DNA of 64,000 bases, taken from NCBI GenBank assembly GCA_022827685.1, contig JAJEIH010000047.1:16536-80535 (forward strand), given 5' to 3'. The stretch comes from Alphaproteobacteria bacterium. Lineage in GTDB: Bacteria > Pseudomonadota > Alphaproteobacteria > Bin95. The position numbers and the translations under genes were made by a program. The first letter of the stretch is position 1, and each line of letters opens with the position of its first letter. The notes below the pieces were generated by a model. That model saw nothing but the letters and a program-made list of their open reading frames with translations, did no database searches and was not told the origin of the DNA. Positions 39,616-52,026 of this stretch are shown here, piece after piece.

Positions 39616-40036
39616 CCTGCTTGCACCGCCGGCGGGCGAGGCGACGTTTGCGCTCCAGGCGGTGGCGTTTCAGGAAGCGCTGGACCGTCGCCGCGCTGAA
39701 CGCCAGCCCCTCGGCGGCCAGCGCGTCGCGCAACCCGTATATGGAAAGCTTCGGCTGCGCCGCCAGGATGCGGAAGATCCGCTCCCGCTCGGGCTCGATC
39801 CGCAAGCGGCTGCCGCCCTGCTTTCCGGACCGCACATGGCCGTGCTCGCGGAACTGCTTCACCCAGCGCTGGACGGACTTCTCGCCCAGCCCGAAATGCC
39901 GGGCTGCGGCCCGGACGCCCATGCCGTGGCGCACCACCGCCGCCACCGCCTGCCCCCGCAGGTCCGCATCCACGGCCCGGCCCCGCCTCGGTCCCGGCAG
40001 TCCACCCTCCGGCCCGCCCGCTCTCCCGTCCGTCAT
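39616..40036 (-). mobile_element. IS630-family transposase N-terminal (HTH) fragment; the DDE domain is missing
   Basis: LRGQAVAAVVRHGMGVRAAARHFGLGEKSVQRWVKQFREHGHVRSGKQGGSRLRIE...GLAFSAATVQRFLKRHRL aligns with the IS630 transposase N-terminus. The frame then continues as antisense of the rhodanese gene, so no catalytic domain is present. Confidence 0.55.
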
Positions 40037-40491
40037 CGCTCCTCCTCCTTCTCCATATGCCGCGCCGGAGCCCCTGCCCGGTCAGGTTGAACGAACCGCC
40101 GCGCCGACTGCCGCCCTTCCGCCTCCGGCCGCGCCGTCGCCGTCCTCGAGGTCAGGTTGGATGAAATGCGGCCCTGCTTCCCGCATCGCGGCGGCCGCAC
40201 CCCTCCCGCTTGCCGTCTGGCCCCGGCCGCCGGCGTCGCGGGTTGGAAACGTCAAGCGGAACGGCACGCCGCGCGCCCGCTCCCGACAGGTCGTCAGGTC
40301 ATGGCCTCTTTCACCCGGTTACCGGCTAATGAAACATATATGGAACAAATAGGGGTGATGTTAAGCCCGAATGCGCCCCTCCGCAACCGGTCCCGGCGCC
40401 CCTTGCGGCCTGCGACCGATTGCACATGGGTGTTGGACAAACGCGGCGGATGTCCTATGATGAATGCTGCACTGCAACAAAGGAGTGAGTC

Positions 40492-41679
40492 ATGAACGCG
40501 GACCCGGTCGTCATTGTGGGCATGGCGCGCACGCCGATGGGGAGCTTCCAGGGCGTGCTGAAGGACGCGACGGGGCCCGAACTCGGCACCCGCGCGATCA
40601 CCGGCGCGCTCGAGAGCGCAGGCGTCGCGGCGGATGACGTCGATGAAGTGATCCTCGGCTGCGTGCTGCCGCACGGCCAGCGGCAGGGGCCGGCCCGCCA
40701 GGCCGCCATCCATGCCGGCATCCCGAAATCGGCAGGCGCCACCACGATCAACAAGCTCTGCGGCTCCGGCATGAAGGCCACCATGCTCGGCCACGACCTG
40801 CTGCTCGCCGGCACCAACGACGTCATGGTTTCCGGCGGCTTCGAGAGCATGACCAATGTGCCCTACATGGTGGAGAAGGCGCGCGCCGGCATGCGCATGG
40901 GCCACGGGCGCTTCGAGGACGCCATGTTTCTGGACGGGCTGGAGGACGCCTATGAGCCGGGCTCCCTCATGGGCCATTTCGCCGAGGAGACGGCGCGGCA
41001 TTTCCAGTTCACCCGCGAGGAGCAGGACGAATTCGCGATCCGGTCGCTGAACCGCGCCCGCGTCGCGAATGAGGACGGCACCTTCGCCGGCGAGATGGTG
41101 CCGATGACGGTGAAGACGCGGCGTGGCGAGACGGTCGTCGAACAGGACGAGCAGCCCTTCACCGCCAATATCGAGAAGATCCCGAGCCTGAGGCCTGCCT
41201 TCGCCAAGGACGGCTCGGTGACGCCCGCCAATTCCAGCTCGATCTCCGACGGCGCGGCGGCGCTCGTGCTGATGCGCCGGTCCGAGGCGGAGCGCCGGGG
41301 GCTGACGCCGCTGGCCACCATCATTGCCCACACCTCTCACAGCCAGGAGCCGCGCTGGTTCACCACGGCTCCCGTCGGCGCGATGAAGAAGCTGTTCGAG
41401 AAGACAGGCTGGGACAAGGACGAGGTCGAGTTCTACGAGATCAACGAGGCCTTTGCGGTGGTGCCGATGGCGGCAATGCGCGAGTTCGGGCTGCCGGCTG
41501 ACAAGGTGAATGTCCATGGCGGCGCCTGCGCCCTCGGCCACCCGGTCGGCGCATCGGGCGCGCGGATCGTGGCAACGCTCATCAACGCCATGCAGAAGAA
41601 CGGCGCGAAAAAGGGCGTCGCAGCAATCTGCATCGGCGGCGGCGAAGCGACGGCCATGGCCATCGAACGCGCGGCGTGA
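40492..41679 (+). CDS. Acetyl-CoA C-acetyltransferase (thiolase II)
   Basis: 395 aa with the active-site Cys region [10 protein letters not shown] and the C-terminal [11 protein letters not shown] motif. Confidence 0.9.
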   Translation: MNADPVVIVGMARTPMGSFQGVLKDATGPELGTRAITGALESAGVAADDVDEVILGCVLPHGQRQGPARQAAIHAGIPKSAGATTINKLCGSGMKATMLGHDLLLAGTNDVMVSGGFESMTNVPYMVEKARAGMRMGHGRFEDAMFLDGLEDAYEPGSLMGHFAEETARHFQFTREEQDEFAIRSLNRARVANEDGTFAGEMVPMTVKTRRGETVVEQDEQPFTANIEKIPSLRPAFAKDGSVTPANSSSISDGAAALVLMRRSEAERRGLTPLATIIAHTSHSQEPRWFTTAPVGAMKKLFEKTGWDKDEVEFYEINEAFAVVPMAAMREFGLPADKVNVHGGACALGHPVGASGARIVATLINAMQKNGAKKGVAAICIGGGEATAMAIERAA

Positions 41680-42065
41680 CCCGCCGGCTGATCTCCTCCG
41701 GCGGCCGCTACGAGGCGGCCGCCGGCTATTCCCGCGCTGTGGTGCAGGACGGCTGGGTCCATGTCGCTGGCACGGCCGGGGAGGACCCTGAGACAGAGGC
41801 GATTCCCGAGAACGCCGTCGAGCAGGCGCGCCTCGCCTTCGGCATTATCGGGGCGGCACTGGCGGAGGCCGGGGCCGGTTTCGAGGACGTCGTGCGCGTC
41901 ATCTATTACCTGACCGACGCCGGGGATTTCCCGGCGCTCATGCCGGTGTTCGGCGAGGTGTTCGGCGATATCCGCCCGGCGGCCACGGCGGTCGTCGTCG
42001 CCGGCTTGGTCGATCCTGCCATGAAGATCGAGATCGAAGTCACGGCCCAGTGCCCACGGCCCTGA
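41676..42065 (+). CDS. RidA/YjgF family protein
   Basis: 129 aa RidA fold. Its start overlaps the thiolase stop. Confidence 0.8.
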   Translation: MTRRLISSGGRYEAAAGYSRAVVQDGWVHVAGTAGEDPETEAIPENAVEQARLAFGIIGAALAEAGAGFEDVVRVIYYLTDAGDFPALMPVFGEVFGDIRPAATAVVVAGLVDPAMKIEIEVTAQCPRP

Positions 42066-42721
42066 TTACCGGCGCGGCGCGCGGCATCGGCCGCGCGCTG
42101 GCGAGCGACTATCTCGCCGACGGCTGGCGGGTGCTGGCGGTCTGCCGCGATCCGGCGGCGCTGGCGGGACTCGACGGCATCGCCGATGCGGCCCGCCTCG
42201 ATGTGACGGACGACGAGGGCATTGCCGCGCTCGCCGAACGCTGGCGGGACGAGCGCATCGACCTGCTCTGGAACAATGCCGGCGTGGACTCGCCCAATAC
42301 CCGCTCGCTCGCCCGGCTCGACACGGAGGAGTGGGCCCGGTGCCTGCGCATCAACACGATTGCGCCGGTGGCGATGGCGGCGGCATTCGCCGGCCAGGTC
42401 GCTGCAAGCGAGCGGCGCATCATGGTGTTCGTGACGAGCCAGTTGGGCTCGATTTCGCAGGCGGCCGGCGTGCGCCGCTATGCCTACAGCAGCTCGAAGG
42501 CGGGGCTCAATATGGCGGCCCGCACCCTCGCGCTGGAGCTTGCGGGCCAGGTCAGGGTCGCGATCCTGCATCCGGGCCATGTCGCCACGGATATGGGCGG
42601 GCGGCACGCCCCGGTGACGCCGGAGGAAAGCGCGCGTGGCATGCGGCGCATCGCCGAGCGCCTCACAGACCGCCAGTCCGGCGCCTTCCTCGACTGGCGG
42701 GGGCGCACGATTCCCTGGTGA
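42050..42721 (+). CDS. Short-chain dehydrogenase/reductase (SDR)
   Basis: A GTG start gives [17 protein letters not shown] (TGxxxGxG), NNAG and YxxxK (YAYSSSKAG). Confidence 0.85.
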   Translation: MPTALITGAARGIGRALASDYLADGWRVLAVCRDPAALAGLDGIADAARLDVTDDEGIAALAERWRDERIDLLWNNAGVDSPNTRSLARLDTEEWARCLRINTIAPVAMAAAFAGQVAASERRIMVFVTSQLGSISQAAGVRRYAYSSSKAGLNMAARTLALELAGQVRVAILHPGHVATDMGGRHAPVTPEESARGMRRIAERLTDRQSGAFLDWRGRTIPW

Positions 42722-42756
42722 GGCCAACCGGAATCGCCTCGGTGGTCCCGGACAGG

Positions 42757-43434
42757 TCAGGTCGAACGGCGGCGGCCTGTCTTCTCGTTTGAAATGCGGT
42801 CGATGATCGCAGCTTCCAATTCCGACAGACGGTTGTCGACAGCCAATTCCAGGGCGTCCAGAACGAATGCCGGGGTTGCCGGGGCAAGCACGCCGGAGGC
42901 ATTCAGGACCTTTGGACCGTCCGGCGCCTGCAGGTCCAGCATGACCGCTTCCCGGACATTTCCCGAAATGTCGAGCCGCCACATCTCGGCAGCGCCGAGC
43001 CGGCGGTAGAACGCGGGCTTGTCCGCGTCGCCGCGGCTCCGCTCGACCTCGATCACGAGATCGGGCGGCGTCCGGCGGTAGAACGCCGCCAGCGCCTCGC
43101 TGCCTTCCCGGCGGGCCTCATCCCGCCCTTCGGCGGAGGCTCCGAGGTAAAAGCAGGCGTCGGGCTCCGCCCCGCTGTTCTCCGGGTCGTCCGGGCGGCG
43201 CCAGCGCGTCGATCCCAGCGTGACGACCCGCAGCTTCAGGGCCCGGCACATGTCCTGCACCGTCCGGTCGATCCCCCGCGTATATTCCTCATGCTCGGGC
43301 GAAGGTGACATCAGCGCAATCAACCCGCGCACGGGATCGATAAAGACCCGCCGGCCGACGATATTCCAATCGAGCTTCGCAAGCCGCGGGATTTCTTCCG
43401 GCACGAAACGATAGAGCGTGAACCGGGACCCCAT
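42757..43434 (-). CDS. Uma2 (DUF820) family PD-(D/E)xK endonuclease-like protein, copy 2
   Basis: It is about 60% identical to copy 1 (AEPDACFYLG, PDLVIEVERSRGDADKPAFYRRLGAAEMWRLD). It has a C-terminal extension of about 12 aa encoded by a repeated CAGGTCAGGTCGAAC motif. The start could be 43434 or 43509. Confidence 0.7.
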   Translation of the reverse strand: MGSRFTLYRFVPEEIPRLAKLDWNIVGRRVFIDPVRGLIALMSPSPEHEEYTRGIDRTVQDMCRALKLRVVTLGSTRWRRPDDPENSGAEPDACFYLGASAEGRDEARREGSEALAAFYRRTPPDLVIEVERSRGDADKPAFYRRLGAAEMWRLDISGNVREAVMLDLQAPDGPKVLNASGVLAPATPAFVLDALELAVDNRLSELEAAIIDRISNEKTGRRRST

Positions 43435-43579
43435 GCTGCCCGTGCAGCGCTCAATGCCAATGGTGTCGCCCACCGGTTCCAACTCCCGCAGGCCGTTGAC
43501 CGACCGCACTATAGCCTATCCGCGCGGCAGGATGCCAAAACCGCAGCGTTGGGGCGTGTCCCGCTCGCTATGGTTCGCG

Positions 43580-43710
43580 TGACAGAAGCGGACCGGACAT
43601 GTCCGGGGACAGCACGCTTGCACCGAATGGCGTCGCGATCCCGCCCGCATCACCGAGTGTATTGGCCGCGGCATTGAAGAATGCGGCGGGCACCCACCCT
43701 TGAGCCGCAT
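43580..43710 (-). pseudogene. C-terminal fragment of a CoxL/XdhA-family molybdopterin enzyme
   Basis: The minus-strand translation ...VPAAFFNAAANTLGDAGGIATPFGASVLSPDMSGPLLSREP* resembles the conserved C-terminus of CoxL-family large subunits. Compare the intact neighbour, which ends AVPAPAAVFNAVDDALGG.... There is no upstream coding continuation. Confidence 0.4.
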
Positions 43711-43741
43711 TGCGCGCCTCTCGGGAAGCTCCTTACAAGTC

Positions 43742-44263
43742 TCAATCCTGACCCCAGGAAACCGGACGTTCTATTCGGCCCAGTCTGACAAGACGGCTTC
43801 GTATGGCGCCGTTCGTTCGCTCGTGGCTGGCGGCAAGCTCCTTGATCGTGGCACCTAAGTCGAAGGCTTGCGCCAGCCGCTCGTCCTCTTCGGGCTTCCA
43901 TGTTTCTCCGTTTCGATTCGGACCTTCGTTTTCTATTCGCCCCAGCTTTGCAAGACGTCGTTGTATGTCGCTGGACGTCCGCCCGTGGCTGGCGGCAAGT
44001 TCCTCGATTGTGACGCCTGAGTCGAAGGCTTGCGCCAGCCGCTTGCCCTCATCAACCGTCCACCTTTGTCTGTCTCGGGACTGCTTGCGATTCTCACGGT
44101 CGGTTCCTGCGACGCGGTGGCGGAATACAGTCACCGCGTGCCCCAACGCTCGTATGACATCGGGTTGCTGGATGACAGAGGTGCGAGGCAACACTTCCCC
44201 GGTTTCCGGATCGACGCCTTGAGCTAATGAGTTCAGGATATTTAGAGTCCGGTCATCCTCCAT
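43742..44263 (-). CDS. Hypothetical protein with two tandem Myb/SANT-like HTH repeats; low-GC codon usage
   Basis: About 173 aa from MEDDRTLNILNS.... The protein repeats are WTVDEGKRLAQAFDSGVTIEELAASHGRTSSDIQRRLAKLGRIE and WKPEEDERLAQAFDLGATIKELAASHERTNGAIRSRLVRLGRIE (pattern W-x-x-E-E/D...L...G-RT...I..RL). The gene is about 55% GC. Confidence 0.6.
   Translation of the reverse strand: MEDDRTLNILNSLAQGVDPETGEVLPRTSVIQQPDVIRALGHAVTVFRHRVAGTDRENRKQSRDRQRWTVDEGKRLAQAFDSGVTIEELAASHGRTSSDIQRRLAKLGRIENEGPNRNGETWKPEEDERLAQAFDLGATIKELAASHERTNGAIRSRLVRLGRIERPVSWGQD
43771..44063. repeat. Tandem direct repeat, 2 x about 160 bp (about 80% identity), inside the Myb-like gene
   Basis: Unit 1 (43771-43900) and unit 2 (43931-44063) share long identical runs (cgtggctggcggcaag...gtcgaaggcttgcgccagccgc). 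Confidence 0.6.
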
Positions 44264-44357
44264 GAACGAACGCCTCAGCCTCTCGCCGGAATATCCAGGA
44301 TACAGCATATGGCAGCAGTATTGGAGGAGATGAGCCACCTCCGCGCCCGCCAGCTCA

Positions 44358-44455
44358 GGCGTAGTCGATCTTCGCGGTCTCGTAGTAACGCGCGCCGCCC
44401 GGGGCATCGACCTCAATCTGGTCGCCGACCGACTTGGCGATCATCGCGCGGGCCA
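44358..44455 (-). pseudogene. 3'-terminal fragment of a greA paralog/copy (about 100 bp, about 87% identical to the real greA 3' end at 47110-47210)
   Basis: It encodes ...ARAMIAKSVGDQIEVDAPGGARYYETAKIDYA* against real GreA ...ARAMIGKSVGDQIEVDAPGGARYYEIVKIDYA*. Homology begins at the stop codon and ends abruptly where the acyl-CoA dehydrogenase fragment begins. Confidence 0.7.
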
Positions 44456-44690
44456 TCGGCAAGGCGTGCGGGCCGCAGGCCAATGCCGCGACATACCTGG
44501 CGGCGGAGGTGGGCCACGAGGCCTGCGAACGAGCCATCCTGACCCGTGGCGGCAGGCTACGCCAAGGAGTAGCATGTGGAGCGCTGGTTCAGGGAGATCT
44601 GGATCGCCCGGATCGTGCCCGTAAGCTGACAGCTCGCGCTCTCCTTTATCACCGAGAAGGAGCTGGACCTGCCGAAGAACTACTGAGGCG
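44456..44690 (+). pseudogene. 3'-terminal fragment of an acyl-CoA dehydrogenase copy (about 88% identical to the 3' end of the intact gene at 56589-56830; inverted relative to it)
   Basis: It encodes ACGPQANAATYLAAEVGHEACERAILTRGG, then after a 2-nt deletion ...VERWFREIWIARIVP..LALSFITEKELDLPKNY*, against the real ...EACGPQANAAKYLAAEVGHEACERAILTHGGMGYAKEYHVERWLREIWIARIAPVSWQLALSFIAEKELDLPKSY*. Confidence 0.7.
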
Positions 44691-44724
44691 CCCCAGCCCT
44701 CTTCCCCTCGTGTCCCGGCGCATG

Positions 44725-44830
44725 ACCGCGATTGCTGCGGTTCCTGCGGAGGCGGCGGACGGGAGACCGGCACGCCTTGCGATGCCGGAGGAAAGCGCGC
44801 CGCCTCGCCGAGCGCCTCGCCGGCCGCCGG
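44725..44830 (+). pseudogene. Degenerate 3'-terminal fragment of an SDR gene (resembles 42590-42690 of the intact SDR)
   Basis: Shared DNA blocks are ggcacgcc, gccggaggaaagcgcgc and tcgccgagcgcctc, giving about 75% identity over about 100 bp with one 10-bp indel. Confidence 0.45.
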
Positions 44831-47104
44831 TCACTCGCTTTTTGTCAGCGGGGGCGGGAACCCGCGCGCCAGCGGCATCGACAAACCCTCCGCGCCGCCC
44901 AGAGCGTCGTCAACCGCGTTGAAGACGGCGGCGGGCGCCGGCACCGCGCCGCCCTCGCCGCCCGCCTTGACGCCGAGCGCGTTGGTGGGCGAGGGCACTT
45001 CGTGGAGTACGACGGCGAAGGCCGGCAGGTCGTCGGCGCGCGGCATCGCATAGTCCATGAAGGAGCCCGCCAGCTGCTGGCCCGCCTCGTCCCAGACGAC
45101 TTCCTCCAGCATGGCCTGTCCGACGCCCTGCGCGGCGGCCCCGTGGGTCTGGCCCTCCACGATCGTCGGATTGACCGCACGGCCCACATCGTCCACGGCG
45201 GCGTAGCGCGCGAGCCGCACCCTGCGCGTCTCCGGATCCACCTCGACTTCGGCGACATGGCAGCCGTTCGGGTAGACGGCCGGCTCGAACAGGTTTTCCC
45301 GGCGCACCCGGAGCGGCCCGAGTTCGGCCAGCAGCGCCCGCCCCGAGGGACCGTCGAACCCGCCATTCCGGAAAGCGATGTCGTTGCTCGCAAGCCGGCG
45401 CGCGGCTAGCGGGCGCGCAGCGTCGATGAGGTCTTCGGCCGCCAGCCGGATGACCTCGCCCGCCATGCGCATCGACCGGCCCGAATGCGAACCGCCGCCG
45501 ACGGCGATCCGGTCGGTGTCGCCCGTCGAAACGTCGATGCGCTCGAAGGGAATGCCGAGCGCGTCGGCCGCGACCTGGGCGAAGGCGGTCTCATGGCCCT
45601 GGCCGCTCGGCTGCGTGCCGATCAGCACTTCGAGCCGGCCGTCCTCCGTCAGGACCAGCTCGGCCTGCTCGCGCGGCGAACCGATGGAGGACTCGACATA
45701 ATGGGCGACGCCCCGCCCGTAGCGGCGCCCTTCGGCTTCCGCGGCCGCCTTGCGGGAGAGGAATCCCGCTTCGTCGGAGAGCGCAAGCGCCTTGTCCAGC
45801 GCGGCTTCGTATTCGCCGCTGTCATAAACCGCGCCCAGCGCATTGCAGTAGGGGAAGGAACGGACGAAATTGGCCCTGCGGAGCGCTGCGGGATCAAAAC
45901 CGAGCTCCCGCGCCGCCTTGTCCACCAGCCGCTCGATGACGAAGCAGACTTCCGGTCGTCCGGAGGAACGGTAGGCCTGGGTCGGCGCGGTATGGCTGAA
46001 CACCGCCCGCGCGCGGACCGTCGCCGCGGGAATGTCGTAGGAGCCGGTCACCAGAATAGCGCCCTTGCCGAGCGGCGAGAGCGAGACGCAACGCGCGCCG
46101 ACATTGGAGATATTGTCCGCCTTCAAGGCGAGGAACCGGCCGTTTGCATCGAGGGCCAGCGCGGCGCGCGAGACAAGGTCGCGGCCCTGATAGTCGCTCA
46201 GCATCGCTTCCGACCGGCTCGCCACCCAGCGCACCGGGCGGCCGGTCAGCCGGGCGGCCCAGAGCACGATGCCGAACTCGACATAGACGCGGTTGCGCAC
46301 GCCGAAATTGCCGCCGACATCGCCGCAGACGACCCGCAGCCGGCCGGGGTCGATTCCCAGCACCGCCGCGAGCTCGCCCTTGTGCCGCACCGCGCCGCCC
46401 GACCCGGCATATAGCGTGTAGCGACCGGTCGAAGCATCGAAGGCGCCGAGCGCGGCGCGCGGCTCCAGCGGCGCGCCGGCGACCCGGGGCAGATGCGCCT
46501 CCAGCTCGACGATACGGGCCGCGCGGGCGAAGGCCGCCTCCACCCCGTCCGCATCGCCGAAGCGGCAATCGACCAGCACATTGTCCGTGCGGTCGTCCCA
46601 GACCAGGGGGGCGCCGGACGCCGCCGCCTCGCGGGTACCGGCGACCGCCGGCAGCGGCTCCCAATCGACGGCGATCCGCTCCACGGCGTCGGCCGCAAGC
46701 GCCGGCGTTTCGGCAATGACGGCCGCGACGGCTTCGCCCGCATGGCGCGCCTTGTCATGCGGTAGCAGCGGATGAGCGCCGATGAAGACCTCCGAGCCGC
46801 CGGGCCCGGTCAACGCCAAGTCGTTGCGCGTCTTCGGGAGCGGGTCGTGCGGGATGTCCCGGAAGCCCTCTGTCTGCGCGTCGAGGCCGGTCAGCACCGC
46901 CAGCACGCCGGGCATGGCGCGCGCCGGGGCCGTGTCGATGCTGCGGATGCGCGCGTGGGCATGCGGGCTTCGCAGCAGCTGCATGGCCGCTTCGCCGTCC
47001 TGCCACGGCAGGTCGTCGGTGAAGCGGCCGCGGCCGGTCAGCAGCCGCAGGTCCTCCTTGCGGAGAAGACGCCGGCCGACGGCGCCGCCTGCCCGGGACG
47101 ACAT
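44831..47104 (-). CDS. CoxL/XdhA-family molybdopterin-binding large subunit (aerobic-type CO dehydrogenase / xanthine dehydrogenase family)
   Basis: 757 aa with an N-terminal RKEDLRLLTGRGRFTDD and conserved Mo-cofactor binding regions (e.g. GGGFGVRNRV-like GGNFGVRNRV; AQGVGQAMLEEVVWDE). No CoxS/CoxM subunit genes are adjacent. Confidence 0.85.
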   Translation of the reverse strand: MSSRAGGAVGRRLLRKEDLRLLTGRGRFTDDLPWQDGEAAMQLLRSPHAHARIRSIDTAPARAMPGVLAVLTGLDAQTEGFRDIPHDPLPKTRNDLALTGPGGSEVFIGAHPLLPHDKARHAGEAVAAVIAETPALAADAVERIAVDWEPLPAVAGTREAAASGAPLVWDDRTDNVLVDCRFGDADGVEAAFARAARIVELEAHLPRVAGAPLEPRAALGAFDASTGRYTLYAGSGGAVRHKGELAAVLGIDPGRLRVVCGDVGGNFGVRNRVYVEFGIVLWAARLTGRPVRWVASRSEAMLSDYQGRDLVSRAALALDANGRFLALKADNISNVGARCVSLSPLGKGAILVTGSYDIPAATVRARAVFSHTAPTQAYRSSGRPEVCFVIERLVDKAARELGFDPAALRRANFVRSFPYCNALGAVYDSGEYEAALDKALALSDEAGFLSRKAAAEAEGRRYGRGVAHYVESSIGSPREQAELVLTEDGRLEVLIGTQPSGQGHETAFAQVAADALGIPFERIDVSTGDTDRIAVGGGSHSGRSMRMAGEVIRLAAEDLIDAARPLAARRLASNDIAFRNGGFDGPSGRALLAELGPLRVRRENLFEPAVYPNGCHVAEVEVDPETRRVRLARYAAVDDVGRAVNPTIVEGQTHGAAAQGVGQAMLEEVVWDEAGQQLAGSFMDYAMPRADDLPAFAVVLHEVPSPTNALGVKAGGEGGAVPAPAAVFNAVDDALGGAEGLSMPLARGFPPPLTKSE

Positions 47105-47109
47105 GGGGC

Positions 47110-47583
47110 TCAGGCGTAGTCGATCTTCACGATCTCGTAGTAGCGCGCCCCGCCGGGCGCATCGACCTCGATCTGGTCGCCGACCGACTTCCCGATCATC
47201 GCCCGCGCCAGCGGCGAGGCTATGGAGAGCCGGCCTTGGGCGACGTCGGACTCGTCCTGGCCGACAATGCGGTAGCAGGCTTCCTCGTCGGTCTCCTCAT
47301 CGACGACTGTAACCCGCGCGCTGAACATCACCTTGTCGCCGGAAATTTGCGCAGGATCGATCACCTCCGCCCGCGAGACCTTGTCCTCGAGCTCCGCCAT
47401 GCGGCCCTCGATGAAGGACTGCCGGTCGCGGGCCGCATGGTATTCGGCATTCTCGGACAGGTCCCCGTGCTCTCGGGCCTGAGCGATGGCCCGCACGACG
47501 GCAGGCCGCTCGACCGTTTTTAGCCGGCGCAGCTCCTCCTCCATCCGGCGATAGCCTTCAGGCGTCATCGGCACCTTGTCCAT
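47110..47583 (-). CDS. greA: Transcription elongation factor GreA
   Basis: MDKVPMTPEGYRRMEEELRRLK... has the GreA coiled-coil N-terminus and FKBP-like C-domain. The start could be 47583 or 47592. Confidence 0.9.
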   Translation of the reverse strand: MDKVPMTPEGYRRMEEELRRLKTVERPAVVRAIAQAREHGDLSENAEYHAARDRQSFIEGRMAELEDKVSRAEVIDPAQISGDKVMFSARVTVVDEETDEEACYRIVGQDESDVAQGRLSIASPLARAMIGKSVGDQIEVDAPGGARYYEIVKIDYA

Positions 47584-47615
47584 CTCAGCCATTTTCCCTT
47601 GCGCAAAAGCTACAA

Positions 47616-50865
<3,250 letters not shown>

Positions 50866-50873
<8 letters not shown>

Positions 50874-52026
50874 GGGCGTCCATCATGTCGGCGAAGCGCC
50901 GGAACAGGTAATGGGCGTCCCTCGGGCCGGGGGAGGCTTCCGGATGGTACTGCACCGAGAAGATCGGCCTGCCTTCCGCCCGCAACCCTTCCACCGAGCC
51001 GTCGAAGAGCGAGCGGTGCGTCTCGACCACGCCCGGCGGCAGGCTTTCCCGCAGCACGGCGAAGCCGTGGTTCTGGCTGGTGATCTCGACCTTGCCGGTC
51101 TCCAGGTCCTTGACCGGATGGTTGGCGCCCCGATGGCCTATGGCCATCTTCGCCGTGCTCGCGCCGAGCGCCAGCGCGAGGATCTGGTGGCCGAGGCAGA
51201 TGCCGAAGATCGGCTTGCCGCTGGCGATCAGGGTGCGGACGGTTCCGGTCGCGTAAGCGCCGGTGGCCGCCGGGTCGCCCGGCCCGTTGGCGAGGAAGAT
51301 GCCGTCGGGCTCAAGCGCCAGGATGGCCTCCGCCTCTGTTTCGGCGGGCACGACCGTCACGGTCGAGCCAAGCTCCGCGAGACAGCGCAGGATGTTGTGC
51401 TTGACGCCGTAATCGACGGCGACGACATGGCGCGACGGACGCTCCAGCCGGCCGTAGCCGCGGCCGAGCGCCCACCCGGTCCGGTCCCAGCGATAGGTCT
51501 GCCGGCAGGTGACTTCCCGCGCGAGGTCCATGCCCTCCAGGCCCGGCCAGGCGGCGGCGCGGGCAATTGCGCCGTCGATGTCGATGCGGCCGTCCGGGGC
51601 GTGGACAACAACGCCGCTGGGCGCGCCGGCGTCGCGGATGCGCCGGGTGAGCGCGCGCGTGTCGATACCGGCAACACCGACCAGACCGCTGCCCGAGAGC
51701 CAGTCTTCCAGCCGGCGCGTCGCGCGGAAATTGGAAGGCTCGGTCGGGTCCATGCGCAATACGAGCCCGCGCGCGGCCGGCGCGTCCGACTCCACATCCT
51801 CGCTATTGGCACCGACATTGCCGATATGCGGGAAGGTGAAGGTGACGATCTGCCCGGCATAGGACGGGTCGGTCAGGATTTCCTGGTAGCCGGTCGGCGA
51901 GGTGTTGAAACAGACCTCTCCGACCGCCGCGCCCTTCGCGCCGAAGCCCCTGCCCCAGAACACGGCGCCATCGGCAAGGACCAGGGCGGCCGTGGCGCCG
52001 TCCGGTCTCTGGGCGTGGATAACCAT
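50866..52026 (-). CDS. carA: Carbamoyl-phosphate synthase small subunit (glutamine amidotransferase)
   Basis: About 386 aa from [20 protein letters not shown]. The GATase triad region is GICLGHQ. The stop overlaps the carB start by 8 nt. Confidence 0.9.

Noticed and set aside
44341-44830. Interpretation of the gene-fragment patch as an assembly or mis-join artefact
   Set aside because: The fragments are 12-25% diverged from the intact copies and carry indels. A chimeric assembly of the same genome would give near-identical sequence. This can still be checked with reads.
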